Source: Pseudomonadota bacterium (GTDB lineage Bacteria; Pseudomonadota; Gammaproteobacteria; Burkholderiales; Burkholderiaceae_C). Taken from it: a stretch of DNA of 64,000 nt. The stretch lies in the NCBI GenBank assembly GCA_021846965.1, contig JAJZWA010000011.1, positions 244 to 64,243 on the forward strand. The letters run 5' to 3'. Within the stretch, counting starts at the first letter, position 1. Each line of letters starts with the position of its first letter. The translations under genes were made by a program, and so were the position numbers. Below are positions 10,179 through 18,930 of this stretch, in pieces. The notes under the pieces were generated by a model. The model did not search any database and was not told where the DNA came from. It was given only the letters and a program-made list of their open reading frames with translations.

Positions 10179-10244
10179 GGCGCCGGATCGGCTCTCGCCA
10201 TGCTCCGCGGCCCTGGAGCATGGGGCGAGAGCCCCTCCGGCGCC
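10179..10244. other. Long imperfect stem-loop (REP-like, mRNA stabiliser or terminator) just downstream of the MFS gene
   Basis: Arms GGCGCCGGA/TCCGGCGCC, GCTCTCGCC/GGCGAGAGC and ATGCTCC/GGAGCAT around an 8-nt loop; no U-tract. Confidence 0.55.
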
Positions 10245-10251
10245 AGGATGC

Positions 10252-11565
10252 TCAGCCCTTCAGGTCAGCGCCCTTGGTCTCGGGCGAAGCCAGGATGGCA
10301 AGAATCGCAAGCACTGCGTAGACCATCACCAGCATGCCGATGTACATCCACGCCTTGTGAATGCCGGAGGCATGCAGGATCAGGCCGGCGATGATCGGGA
10401 TGACGCCGCCGCCATAGACCTGCGAGATCTGGTAGGCGGCACTGGCCCCGGAGGCGCGATACCGGGTCGGGAAGTTTTCGGTGTAGAAGGCCGGAATCGC
10501 CCCGTAACCGAAACCGAACACGAAACCGAAACCAATCACCTCGGCCAGCACAGCCAGCCAGAAGATGTGCATGTTGAGCAGGTAGAAGTAGGGCAAGGCC
10601 CACACCAGGAACACCACCGCCGACACCAGCAGCACCGTGCGCCGGTTGAGCCGGTCCGCCAGCTTGGCGCCGATGAACATGAACACCAGCATGGACGCCG
10701 CCGCGATCAGCCCGATGGTCTCTGCCTGGGTGCCGGTGAAGCCCACCGCCTTCATGTAGCCGGTGCCGAAGACGAAGCTGAGGAAAAAGGCCCCCCCGAA
10801 CATCGCGTTGACCAGCGACGCGCGCAGGATCCGCAGCGGCATTTCCTTCCACACCTGCAGCGCGGGACTTGCCAGCACATGGCGCTCCTTCTGGAACCGC
10901 TCGAACACGAAGCTGTCCACCGAACGCGCGCGAATGACGATGCCGACGATGGCGACGGCGAAGCCGATGAAGAAGAAGACGCGCCAGCCCCAGGCCAGGT
11001 AGTCCGCCGGGCTCATCGAGGAGCGCACGATGATCACCGAGCCGAAGCCCAGCAGCAGTCCGATGGGAATCGCGAATCCCACCCAGGCCCCCCAGAAGGC
11101 GCGATGCCTGGATTCCGCGGCCTGCTCGACCACCCAGGTCGCCGCGGTGCCGAACTCGGCCCCGAAGCTGATGCCCTGGGCGAGCCGGAACACGATCAGC
11201 AACAGCGGGGCCGCCGTGCCGATGCTGTCGTAGGTCGGCGTGAGACCGATGAGCAGGGTACTCACGCCCATCAGCAGCAATGCCCACACCATCGCGTCCT
11301 TGCGGCCGTAGCGATCGGCGATGTTGCCAAAGATGAATGCCCCCACCGGGCGGATGATGATTCCGAGCCCGTACACAGCGATGGCCGCCGCGATGGCCGC
11401 CAGGCTTGGCAGCTTGAAAAACACGCCCCCCCACACCGTGGCGGCGATGATGCCGGTGACCAGAAAATCGTACTGCTCGATGACCGAGCCGATGATGCTT
11501 GCCAGCGCCACCCGGCGGATGGCGTCCCGCGTAGGAACGGGAACTTCAACTGCGGCGTTACTCAT
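10252..11565 (-). CDS. MFS transporter, MHS (metabolite:H+ symporter)-like
   Basis: IEQYDF, RPVGAFIFGNIADRYGRK, RLAQGISFGAEFG and ENFPTRYRASG. ATG 11565 has an upstream GGAG. Confidence 0.92.
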   Translation of the reverse strand: MSNAAVEVPVPTRDAIRRVALASIIGSVIEQYDFLVTGIIAATVWGGVFFKLPSLAAIAAAIAVYGLGIIIRPVGAFIFGNIADRYGRKDAMVWALLLMGVSTLLIGLTPTYDSIGTAAPLLLIVFRLAQGISFGAEFGTAATWVVEQAAESRHRAFWGAWVGFAIPIGLLLGFGSVIIVRSSMSPADYLAWGWRVFFFIGFAVAIVGIVIRARSVDSFVFERFQKERHVLASPALQVWKEMPLRILRASLVNAMFGGAFFLSFVFGTGYMKAVGFTGTQAETIGLIAAASMLVFMFIGAKLADRLNRRTVLLVSAVVFLVWALPYFYLLNMHIFWLAVLAEVIGFGFVFGFGYGAIPAFYTENFPTRYRASGASAAYQISQVYGGGVIPIIAGLILHASGIHKAWMYIGMLVMVYAVLAILAILASPETKGADLKG

Positions 11566-11669
11566 ACTAAGTCTCCATGCAGGCACATTGCCGTTTTGAA
11601 TTTGGTTCGAACTTCTTCACGAATGATGTTGCGATCCCCCTCTTGAAACGCAGCGCAGAACCCTCCGGT

Positions 11670-12707
11670 TCAGCTTCCGTGCTCGCCCTGGATCTCCGGC
11701 ACGAACAGGTCCGTCCATCTCGTCGGCTTCACCTGGATCTCGCCGACCTTGCTCATGAATCGTGCGAAGTCCATCACGCCGACGGGCGTCGTCGAGAATG
11801 TCATCGACGGATCGGCCAGCATTCGCTCGACCATGCCGACGCTCAGCTTCGCGTGCGAGACCCTGAGATACAGTTCGGCGGCTGCGCGAGGGTTGTGCTC
11901 GATATAGGCATCCGCCTCTCGCTGCGCGGCGAGAAATGCGCTGATCAACCTGGGATTCCTTTGCACGAAATGCTTCGCGGCGAAGACCACGTCCAGCGTT
12001 ACGTGGCCCAGCACGTCCGTCGAATCCAGGATCCGATGCACCTTCGGGCTCTGCAACTCCTCGAAGGAGAACGGCGGCGAGGCGAAATGCGCATCGATCC
12101 CGCCCCTGGCCGCGAGCAGGGAGCGGACCGCAGCGGGGTGCGCAAGGGTGACCGTCAGCGAATCCAGCTTGTCGTAGTGCTCCAGACCGAAGACCTTGGC
12201 CGCGGCCATTTCCAGCGCGACCGATTCCAGCGATGTCCCGACGCCGGGAATCGCAATCCGGTCGCCCGGCCGGAAATCGGCGAGGCTCCTGATGCGCGAC
12301 CGGTTCGTGTCCAGGGACAGCGCGGCGCTGCTCAAGGCGCTGATTCCGACGACCTCGGAGCGCGGAATTCCCCGCGCCTTGGACCACAGGGTCAGAAAAC
12401 CGGGCACGCCGATCCCGGCGACGTCGAGATTGCCGGCGAGCATCGCGTCGCTGATGAGGTTGCCCCCATCGAGCACGGTCCACTGCACCCGCACATCGGG
12501 AATGCCCCTCGCCCTGGCCTGCTCTTCGATCAGGCCCTGGGACTGCATGACCATCAAGGGGAGATAGAGCAGGCCATAGCCATGGGAGACCCGAATGGTC
12601 TCGGGGGGGCTGCCGTCCATGAAATGCGCGAGCGTCGCCAGCAGCGCCGCCAGCAGCGCCGCCACCGGCGCCGCCAGCCAGCTTGCCCTGACGCGAGTTG
12701 CCGTCAT
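11670..12707 (-). CDS. ABC-type substrate-binding protein, NitT/TauT (NMT1-like) family, with no permease or ATPase gene nearby
   Basis: N-terminal hydrophobic segment, YGLLYLPLMVM, DAMLAGNLDVAG, GIDAHFASPPF and FMSKVGEIQVKPTRWTDLF. Confidence 0.85.
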   Translation of the reverse strand: MTATRVRASWLAAPVAALLAALLATLAHFMDGSPPETIRVSHGYGLLYLPLMVMQSQGLIEEQARARGIPDVRVQWTVLDGGNLISDAMLAGNLDVAGIGVPGFLTLWSKARGIPRSEVVGISALSSAALSLDTNRSRIRSLADFRPGDRIAIPGVGTSLESVALEMAAAKVFGLEHYDKLDSLTVTLAHPAAVRSLLAARGGIDAHFASPPFSFEELQSPKVHRILDSTDVLGHVTLDVVFAAKHFVQRNPRLISAFLAAQREADAYIEHNPRAAAELYLRVSHAKLSVGMVERMLADPSMTFSTTPVGVMDFARFMSKVGEIQVKPTRWTDLFVPEIQGEHGS

Positions 12708-12912
12708 GCGCGGTGGGACAATGCGGGACCTGAAGCCGCCGCGGCGCCCGGGACGGAGTCAGGCGCCCCTGGCGTGCGGACAAGCTGCATCCGGCCGCCG
12801 CGATCGTGCCTCTCGGTGCTGCGCCAGGACGCGGGCTTCCAGCTCATGCATCGTCTCCGTGGATCTTTTGTGCCCGTAGACTAGACGCGTCACCTGTTGC
12901 GAATCTGACCGA

Positions 12913-13584
12913 ATGCGCATCCTGCTCGTCGAAGACACCCTCGATCTGGGAGAAGGCGTGGTCATGCACCTGCGCCACGCGGGTCACACGGTGGACTGGG
13001 AAACCGACGGCGCGGCGGCCCGTGAGCTCGCGCTGCACGGCGACTACGACCTGCTGATCCTCGACATCATGCTCCCCGGCCTCGACGGCCTGACGCTGCT
13101 GCGCCACTTGCGGCAGGCCGGGGTGTCCTCGCCGGTCCTGATGCTCACGGCCCGGGTGGAGATCGACGCGCGCGTGGATGCGCTGGACCTGGGCGCGGAC
13201 GACTATCTGATCAAGCCCTTTTCCTTTCGGGAGCTGTCGGCACGCGCGCGGGCCCTGCTGCGCCGCCGCACGGGGGACGCCACCAACCTGCTGCGTTGCG
13301 GCGCACTGACCCTGGACCGCAAGACGCGCAGTGTCACGCTGCACGGCGAGCCCATGGCCTTGAAGCGGCGCGAAGTCACGCTGCTGGAGATCCTCGCCGC
13401 GCGTCCTGGACGCATCTTCAGCAAGGACGAGCTGATGGACCGGCTGTTCAGCATCGACGATGCGCCGACCTCGAATGCCGTCGAGCAGGTCGTGGCCCGG
13501 CTGCGCCGCAGCCTCGAGGGCACGGGCGTGGAGGTCAAGACGCTGCGTGGCCTGGGTTACCAGCTGGTCGTGCGCTCGGAATGA
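12913..13584 (+). CDS. OmpR-family response regulator (TctD-like)
   Basis: MRILLVED, LLILDIMLP (phospho-Asp), LGADDYLIKPF and winged helix ending TLRGLGY. Confidence 0.95.
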   Translation: MRILLVEDTLDLGEGVVMHLRHAGHTVDWETDGAAARELALHGDYDLLILDIMLPGLDGLTLLRHLRQAGVSSPVLMLTARVEIDARVDALDLGADDYLIKPFSFRELSARARALLRRRTGDATNLLRCGALTLDRKTRSVTLHGEPMALKRREVTLLEILAARPGRIFSKDELMDRLFSIDDAPTSNAVEQVVARLRRSLEGTGVEVKTLRGLGYQLVVRSE

Positions 13585-15041
13585 GGCTGCGTCCGCGCTC
13601 GCTGTACACGCGGCTGATGATCGCGCTGCTGGTCGTGCTGGCCCTGGCCGGTTCGGGGCTGATCTTTGCCGCGTGGTTCTACTCCGGAGTCGCCGCGGAC
13701 AGCGCGTACGACCAGGTCCTGATCAGTGGCGCCTTGCAGATCGCGGAGAACTGCTGGATGCACGATGGCGTGCTGAACGTCGATGTTCCGCTGGCCCCCT
13801 TCTCGGTGCTTTCGACGCAGGATCGGGTCTTCTACAAGGTCACCGATCCATCGCACCGCGTCGTCGCCGGCGATCCGTCCCTGCGGGTCGACGTGCCCCT
13901 GCGGGAGATCCGCCGCGGCCCGGTGGTGCGCAGCGCCCGCTTCCATGGGCAGGCGGTGCGGGTCGCCATCGTCGGCCGGCATGTGGTGGAGTCGGACCCG
14001 AACGGCTGGGCCGTGGTCGTCCTGGCGGAGACCCTGGTGGCACGCCACGCCCTGGCCGCGAATCTCACGAGAAAGGCGCTATGGATCGTGTCGTTCATGG
14101 GCCTGATCACGATCGCCGCGGTGATGCTGGCCGCCCAGCGAGCGCTCAAGCCGCTGCGCGACGTGGCACGGGCCATCGACGCTCGTGACGCCGATTCGCG
14201 CGAAGCCCTGCACGTCGATGCCCCCGCGGAAGCGGAGGTGCTGGTGCAGACGATCAACGAGTTCATCGACCGCCTGAACGCGCGCATCGCGCTCATGCGC
14301 CGCGTCATCGGTGACGTGTCGCACCAGATTCGAACCCCGCTGACCGCGATTTCCTCCCAGCTGGAGATGTGGGAGCGCGCGGACGGCGACGCGGCCCGGC
14401 AAGTGCTGGCGAATCGCATCAAGCAGCGGCTCTCCGAGGTGGGGCAGCTCTCGAGCCAGTTGCTGAGCCACGCGATGGTGCTGCACCGCGCGGAGGAACA
14501 GAGCCTGCAGCCGGTCGATGTGACGCCACTCGTACGCCTGGAGTTGATGCGTTTGCTGGAACAGCGCGCATCGGCGCAATGGAACGTGAGCTTCGACGCC
14601 CCCGAGGCTCCGGTGGTCGTGCCCTGCGACCCCGTCACCCTGAAAGAGGCCTTGCGCAATGTGTTCGTCAACGCGCTGGACTATGGGGTCCGGCAGCAGC
14701 TTGCCGTGAGCATCGTCGCCTCCGATTCCACCGCCGACATCCGTGTCGAGGATGATGGGCCCGGCATCTCCGAGACGCGGCAAGCGGCGTTGCGCACGCC
14801 CTTCACGCCGCGTGACGGCGGCCGCGATGGCGCGAGCCTCGGCCTCGCCATCGTCGAGGAGGTCTTGCGTGCGCACCACGGGGAACTTCGCTTCGAGCGC
14901 ACGGGCCAGGGACATTTCCGGGTCGTTCTCTCCCTGCCGCTCCATGGCGCCGCGGCGGCGCCCCTTCGTGCCGAAACGGGGGCGGCGCACAAGTCACCCC
15001 AGGCGGGGAGGAGCCACGACCCGGGCTCGATCGAGAGCTGA
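13581..15041 (+). CDS. Sensor histidine kinase with periplasmic sensor domain (TctE-like)
   Basis: Two TM segments, DSAYDQVL, H-box DVSHQIRTPL, N-box NVFVNALDY, G1 EDDGPGI and G2 SLGLAIV. ATGA overlap with the regulator stop. Confidence 0.92.
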   Translation: MRLRPRSLYTRLMIALLVVLALAGSGLIFAAWFYSGVAADSAYDQVLISGALQIAENCWMHDGVLNVDVPLAPFSVLSTQDRVFYKVTDPSHRVVAGDPSLRVDVPLREIRRGPVVRSARFHGQAVRVAIVGRHVVESDPNGWAVVVLAETLVARHALAANLTRKALWIVSFMGLITIAAVMLAAQRALKPLRDVARAIDARDADSREALHVDAPAEAEVLVQTINEFIDRLNARIALMRRVIGDVSHQIRTPLTAISSQLEMWERADGDAARQVLANRIKQRLSEVGQLSSQLLSHAMVLHRAEEQSLQPVDVTPLVRLELMRLLEQRASAQWNVSFDAPEAPVVVPCDPVTLKEALRNVFVNALDYGVRQQLAVSIVASDSTADIRVEDDGPGISETRQAALRTPFTPRDGGRDGASLGLAIVEEVLRAHHGELRFERTGQGHFRVVLSLPLHGAAAAPLRAETGAAHKSPQAGRSHDPGSIES

Positions 15042-15725
15042 GCGCAGCCGCTGCGCGGCCCCCGCGATGGCCGCTTCACGCGCTGCGCGCTGGGCCTGCA
15101 TGCCCGCCTGCACGGCCTGCAGCACCTGCGTAGGCGCGCGCTCCGGGCGGCCGCTGTCGAAAGGCGGTTGCGGCGCGTACTCGAGGGCCAGCTGCACCTG
15201 CTGCGCGTAGTCCTCGCCGGCCACCTCGGCCATCAGGCTCAAGGCCAGGTCGATGCCGGCGGTGACGCCGCCGCCGCTGAACAGGTTTCCGTCGCGCACC
15301 ACGCGTGCCTCGTCGGGGATGGCCCCGAAGGCGCGCAGGCCCTCGCGCCAGGCCCAGTGGCAGGCCGCGCGCCGCCCCTGCAGCAGACCGGCCGCGCCGA
15401 GCAGCAGCGAGCCGGTGCACACCGAGCTGACATAGCGAGCGCCGGCAGCCAGGCGCCGCAATTCGCCCAGGAACTCGGCATCGCCCATGGCCTGCACGCA
15501 GCCGTGGCCGCCCGGCACGCACAGCAGCGCGCAGTCGCGCACCTCGGCCAGGCGAACCAGGCCGTCGAAGCGCAGCCCCTGGGGCATGACGATGGCTTGT
15601 CCCGTGGTGGAGGCGGCCACGCAGCGCGCGCCCGGCAGGCGCGACAGCACTTCGTAGGGCCCGGTGAAGTCCAGCTGGGTCACGCCGGGATAGAGGGCGA
15701 ACACGACGAGAAAGTCCTGGCTCAT
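14994..15725 (-). CDS. DJ-1/PfpI family protein (isonitrile hydratase InhA-like)
   Basis: LDFTGPYEV, VPGG, nucleophile-elbow SVCTGS, GGVTAGID and LEYAPQPPFDSG. Confidence 0.9.
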   Translation of the reverse strand: MSQDFLVVFALYPGVTQLDFTGPYEVLSRLPGARCVAASTTGQAIVMPQGLRFDGLVRLAEVRDCALLCVPGGHGCVQAMGDAEFLGELRRLAAGARYVSSVCTGSLLLGAAGLLQGRRAACHWAWREGLRAFGAIPDEARVVRDGNLFSGGGVTAGIDLALSLMAEVAGEDYAQQVQLALEYAPQPPFDSGRPERAPTQVLQAVQAGMQAQRAAREAAIAGAAQRLRSALDRARVVAPPRLG

Positions 15726-15817
15726 GAGGGTCTCCTGGAATGCGACGAAGGTGCGACGGTCGCATGTTCGCCGCATAATGGTCCGACGCAAAGGACAAAG
15801 AACCCACCTTTCCTGCC

Positions 15818-16765
15818 ATGCGCACCATCGCCGTGCTGCTGTTCCCGGATTTCCAGATCCTCGATGCCACCGGGCCCATCGCAGCCTTCGAGATCGCCGA
15901 GCGCTACGCGCCCGGCAGCTATGCCGTGCAGCCGGTGGCGGCGCGGCCCGGGCTGGTGCGCAGTTCCTCCGGCGCGCTGCTGCAGGCGCGCGGCGCACGC
16001 GGGCTGCGCGGGGTTCACACCCTGCTGGTGGCCGGCGGCGACGGCGTGGAGGCGGCGGCGACCTGCGAGGCCACGCGGCGCGTGGTGCGCAACCTGGCCG
16101 CGCGCGCGCAACGCGTGGCCAGCGTGTGCTCCGGCGCCTATCTGCTGGCCCACGGCGGGCTGCTGGACGGGCTGCGGGCCACCACCCACTGGAGCCGCAG
16201 CCGGGATTTCGTGCGGCGCTTCCCGCAGGTGCACCTCGAGCCCGACCGCATCTACATCCGCGAGGGTCGCATCTGGACCTCGGCCGGCATCAGCGCGGGC
16301 ATCGACCTCGCGCTGGCGCTGATCGCCGAGGACCTGGGCGAGTCGGTGGCACGGCGCACCGCGCAGCAGCTGGTGTTCTATTACCGCCGCCCGGGCGGCC
16401 AATCGCAATTCTCGGCGCTGCTGGACCTGAGCACGCCGGACGGGCGCTTCGCCGATCTGCTCGCCTTCGTGCGCGCCAACCTGCGCGAGCGCCTCGCCGT
16501 GGAGGACCTGGCCGAGCGCGCGCACCTGAGCCCGAGGCAGTTCTCGCGCCTGTTCCGTGCCGAGGTCGGCCTGCCGCCGGCGCACGCCGTGGAGGCGCTG
16601 CGCGTGGAGGCCGCGAAGGCCGCGCTGGAAAGCGGTGCGGATTCGGTGCAGCGCGTGGCCGCGCAATGCGGCTTCGGCAATCCCGAGCGCATGCGCCGCA
16701 GTTTCCAGCGCGTCACGGGCGCGCCGCCGTCCGCGGCCAGGCGCCGCGCCGGTGCCCGCGCCTGA
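15818..16765 (+). CDS. GlxA/FtrA family AraC-type regulator
   Basis: DJ-1-like N-domain (SVCSGAY, ATTHW, WTSAGISAGIDL), RPGGQSQFS and C-terminal AraC HTH. Divergent from the DJ-1 gene. Confidence 0.93.
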   Translation: MRTIAVLLFPDFQILDATGPIAAFEIAERYAPGSYAVQPVAARPGLVRSSSGALLQARGARGLRGVHTLLVAGGDGVEAAATCEATRRVVRNLAARAQRVASVCSGAYLLAHGGLLDGLRATTHWSRSRDFVRRFPQVHLEPDRIYIREGRIWTSAGISAGIDLALALIAEDLGESVARRTAQQLVFYYRRPGGQSQFSALLDLSTPDGRFADLLAFVRANLRERLAVEDLAERAHLSPRQFSRLFRAEVGLPPAHAVEALRVEAAKAALESGADSVQRVAAQCGFGNPERMRRSFQRVTGAPPSAARRRAGARA

Positions 16766-16892
16766 AGCCGCCCACGCTGCTAGATTCAGCGTACCTGCGG
16801 TTCGCGCCGCGGGTGCGACGGGGGGAGCACGAGCCCCATGAACTTTCCGTGCCTCTGCTTGCGCGGAACGCCCCACGTACCGGAGTGTCTCG

Positions 16893-17894
16893 ATGTTCAC
16901 AGAAATCTCCCGGCGGTCCCGCATTCGCGAAGCGGCCGACCTGGTCTACCGCGCGATGCCGCCGACCCCGCAATACGCATGGCCCCTGCTGTGCGAGGCC
17001 CTGGGCACCCAGGTGTGGGTCAAGCATGAGAACCACACGCCCACGGGCGCCTTCAAGGTGCGCGGCGGCCTGGTGTATTTCGAAGGCCTGCGGCGTCGCG
17101 AGCCGGATTGCCAGGGCGTCATCTCGGCCACCCGCGGCAACCACGGCCAGAGCATCGGCTTCGCGGCGCGGCGCCATGGGCTCGCTGCCACCATCGTCGT
17201 GCCCCATGGCAACAGCCGCGAGAAGAATGCCGCCATGCGCGCGCTGGGCGTGGAGTTGATCGAGCATGGCGAGGATTTCCAGGCGGCGCGTGAACAGGCG
17301 CTGCGGCTGGGAGCCGATCGCGGCCTGCATGCCATTCCCTCCTTCCATGCCGATCTGGTGCTCGGCGTGGCCAGCGCATGGGCGGAGTTCCTCGAATCCG
17401 TGCCGGACCTGGATGTGCTGTTCGTGCCCATCGGACTGGGCTCCGGCATCTGCGCGGCCGCGACCGCGCGTGCCGCCCTGGGTGCGGGGCCGCGGATCAT
17501 CGGCGTGGTGTCCACCCGCGCCGAGGCCTACGCGCTGTCCTTCGAGCAGCGCCGGCCGGTGGAGGCCCCGGCCCTGACCGAAGTGGCCGATGGCATGGCC
17601 TGCCGCGTGCCCGATGCGCAGGCGCTGGAGATCATCTGGAGCCAGGTGGACGAGGTCGTGCGTGTGGACGACGAACAGGTGCTGCGCGCGATGCGCCTGT
17701 ACTACACGGCCACGCACAACATCGCCGAGGGAGCGGGCGCCGCGGCGCTGGCCGCGGCGCTGAGCCGACGCGAGCAGTTGCGCGGCCGACGTGTGGGGCT
17801 GTGGTTGAGCGGCGGCAATGTCGACCTGGATCTGTTCCGCCGCGCCATGGATCTGCCGCCCGACGAAACAGCAGCCTGGCGCCCCGCGCAGTGA
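16893..17894 (+). CDS. PLP-dependent serine/threonine dehydratase family enzyme
   Basis: KHENHTPTGAFKVRGG (PLP Lys), ATRGNHGQS, VPIGLGSG and LSGGNVD. Confidence 0.9.
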   Translation: MFTEISRRSRIREAADLVYRAMPPTPQYAWPLLCEALGTQVWVKHENHTPTGAFKVRGGLVYFEGLRRREPDCQGVISATRGNHGQSIGFAARRHGLAATIVVPHGNSREKNAAMRALGVELIEHGEDFQAAREQALRLGADRGLHAIPSFHADLVLGVASAWAEFLESVPDLDVLFVPIGLGSGICAAATARAALGAGPRIIGVVSTRAEAYALSFEQRRPVEAPALTEVADGMACRVPDAQALEIIWSQVDEVVRVDDEQVLRAMRLYYTATHNIAEGAGAAALAAALSRREQLRGRRVGLWLSGGNVDLDLFRRAMDLPPDETAAWRPAQ

Positions 17895-17912
17895 CCGCGG
17901 CGCGGCCGGGAC

Positions 17913-18773
<861 letters not shown>

Positions 18774-18930
18774 CACGGGCTCCAGGGTAGGAACGAGTTC
18801 CGGCGTGGCAGGCTCGCGGGGCCGGGCTCCCTGACATCCTAGTGCAGGGCGTCCGCGATGGTGCTGCTTCGCCGGCGCGTGCCGCTCCGGCGGCGGCAAG
18901 GGACGCGGCGCCCCCGCAGCGCGCAGCGGC

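Noticed and set aside
12646-12690. 12-bp repeats in the binding-protein N-terminus
   Set aside because: They simply encode the AALL-AALL hydrophobic segment.
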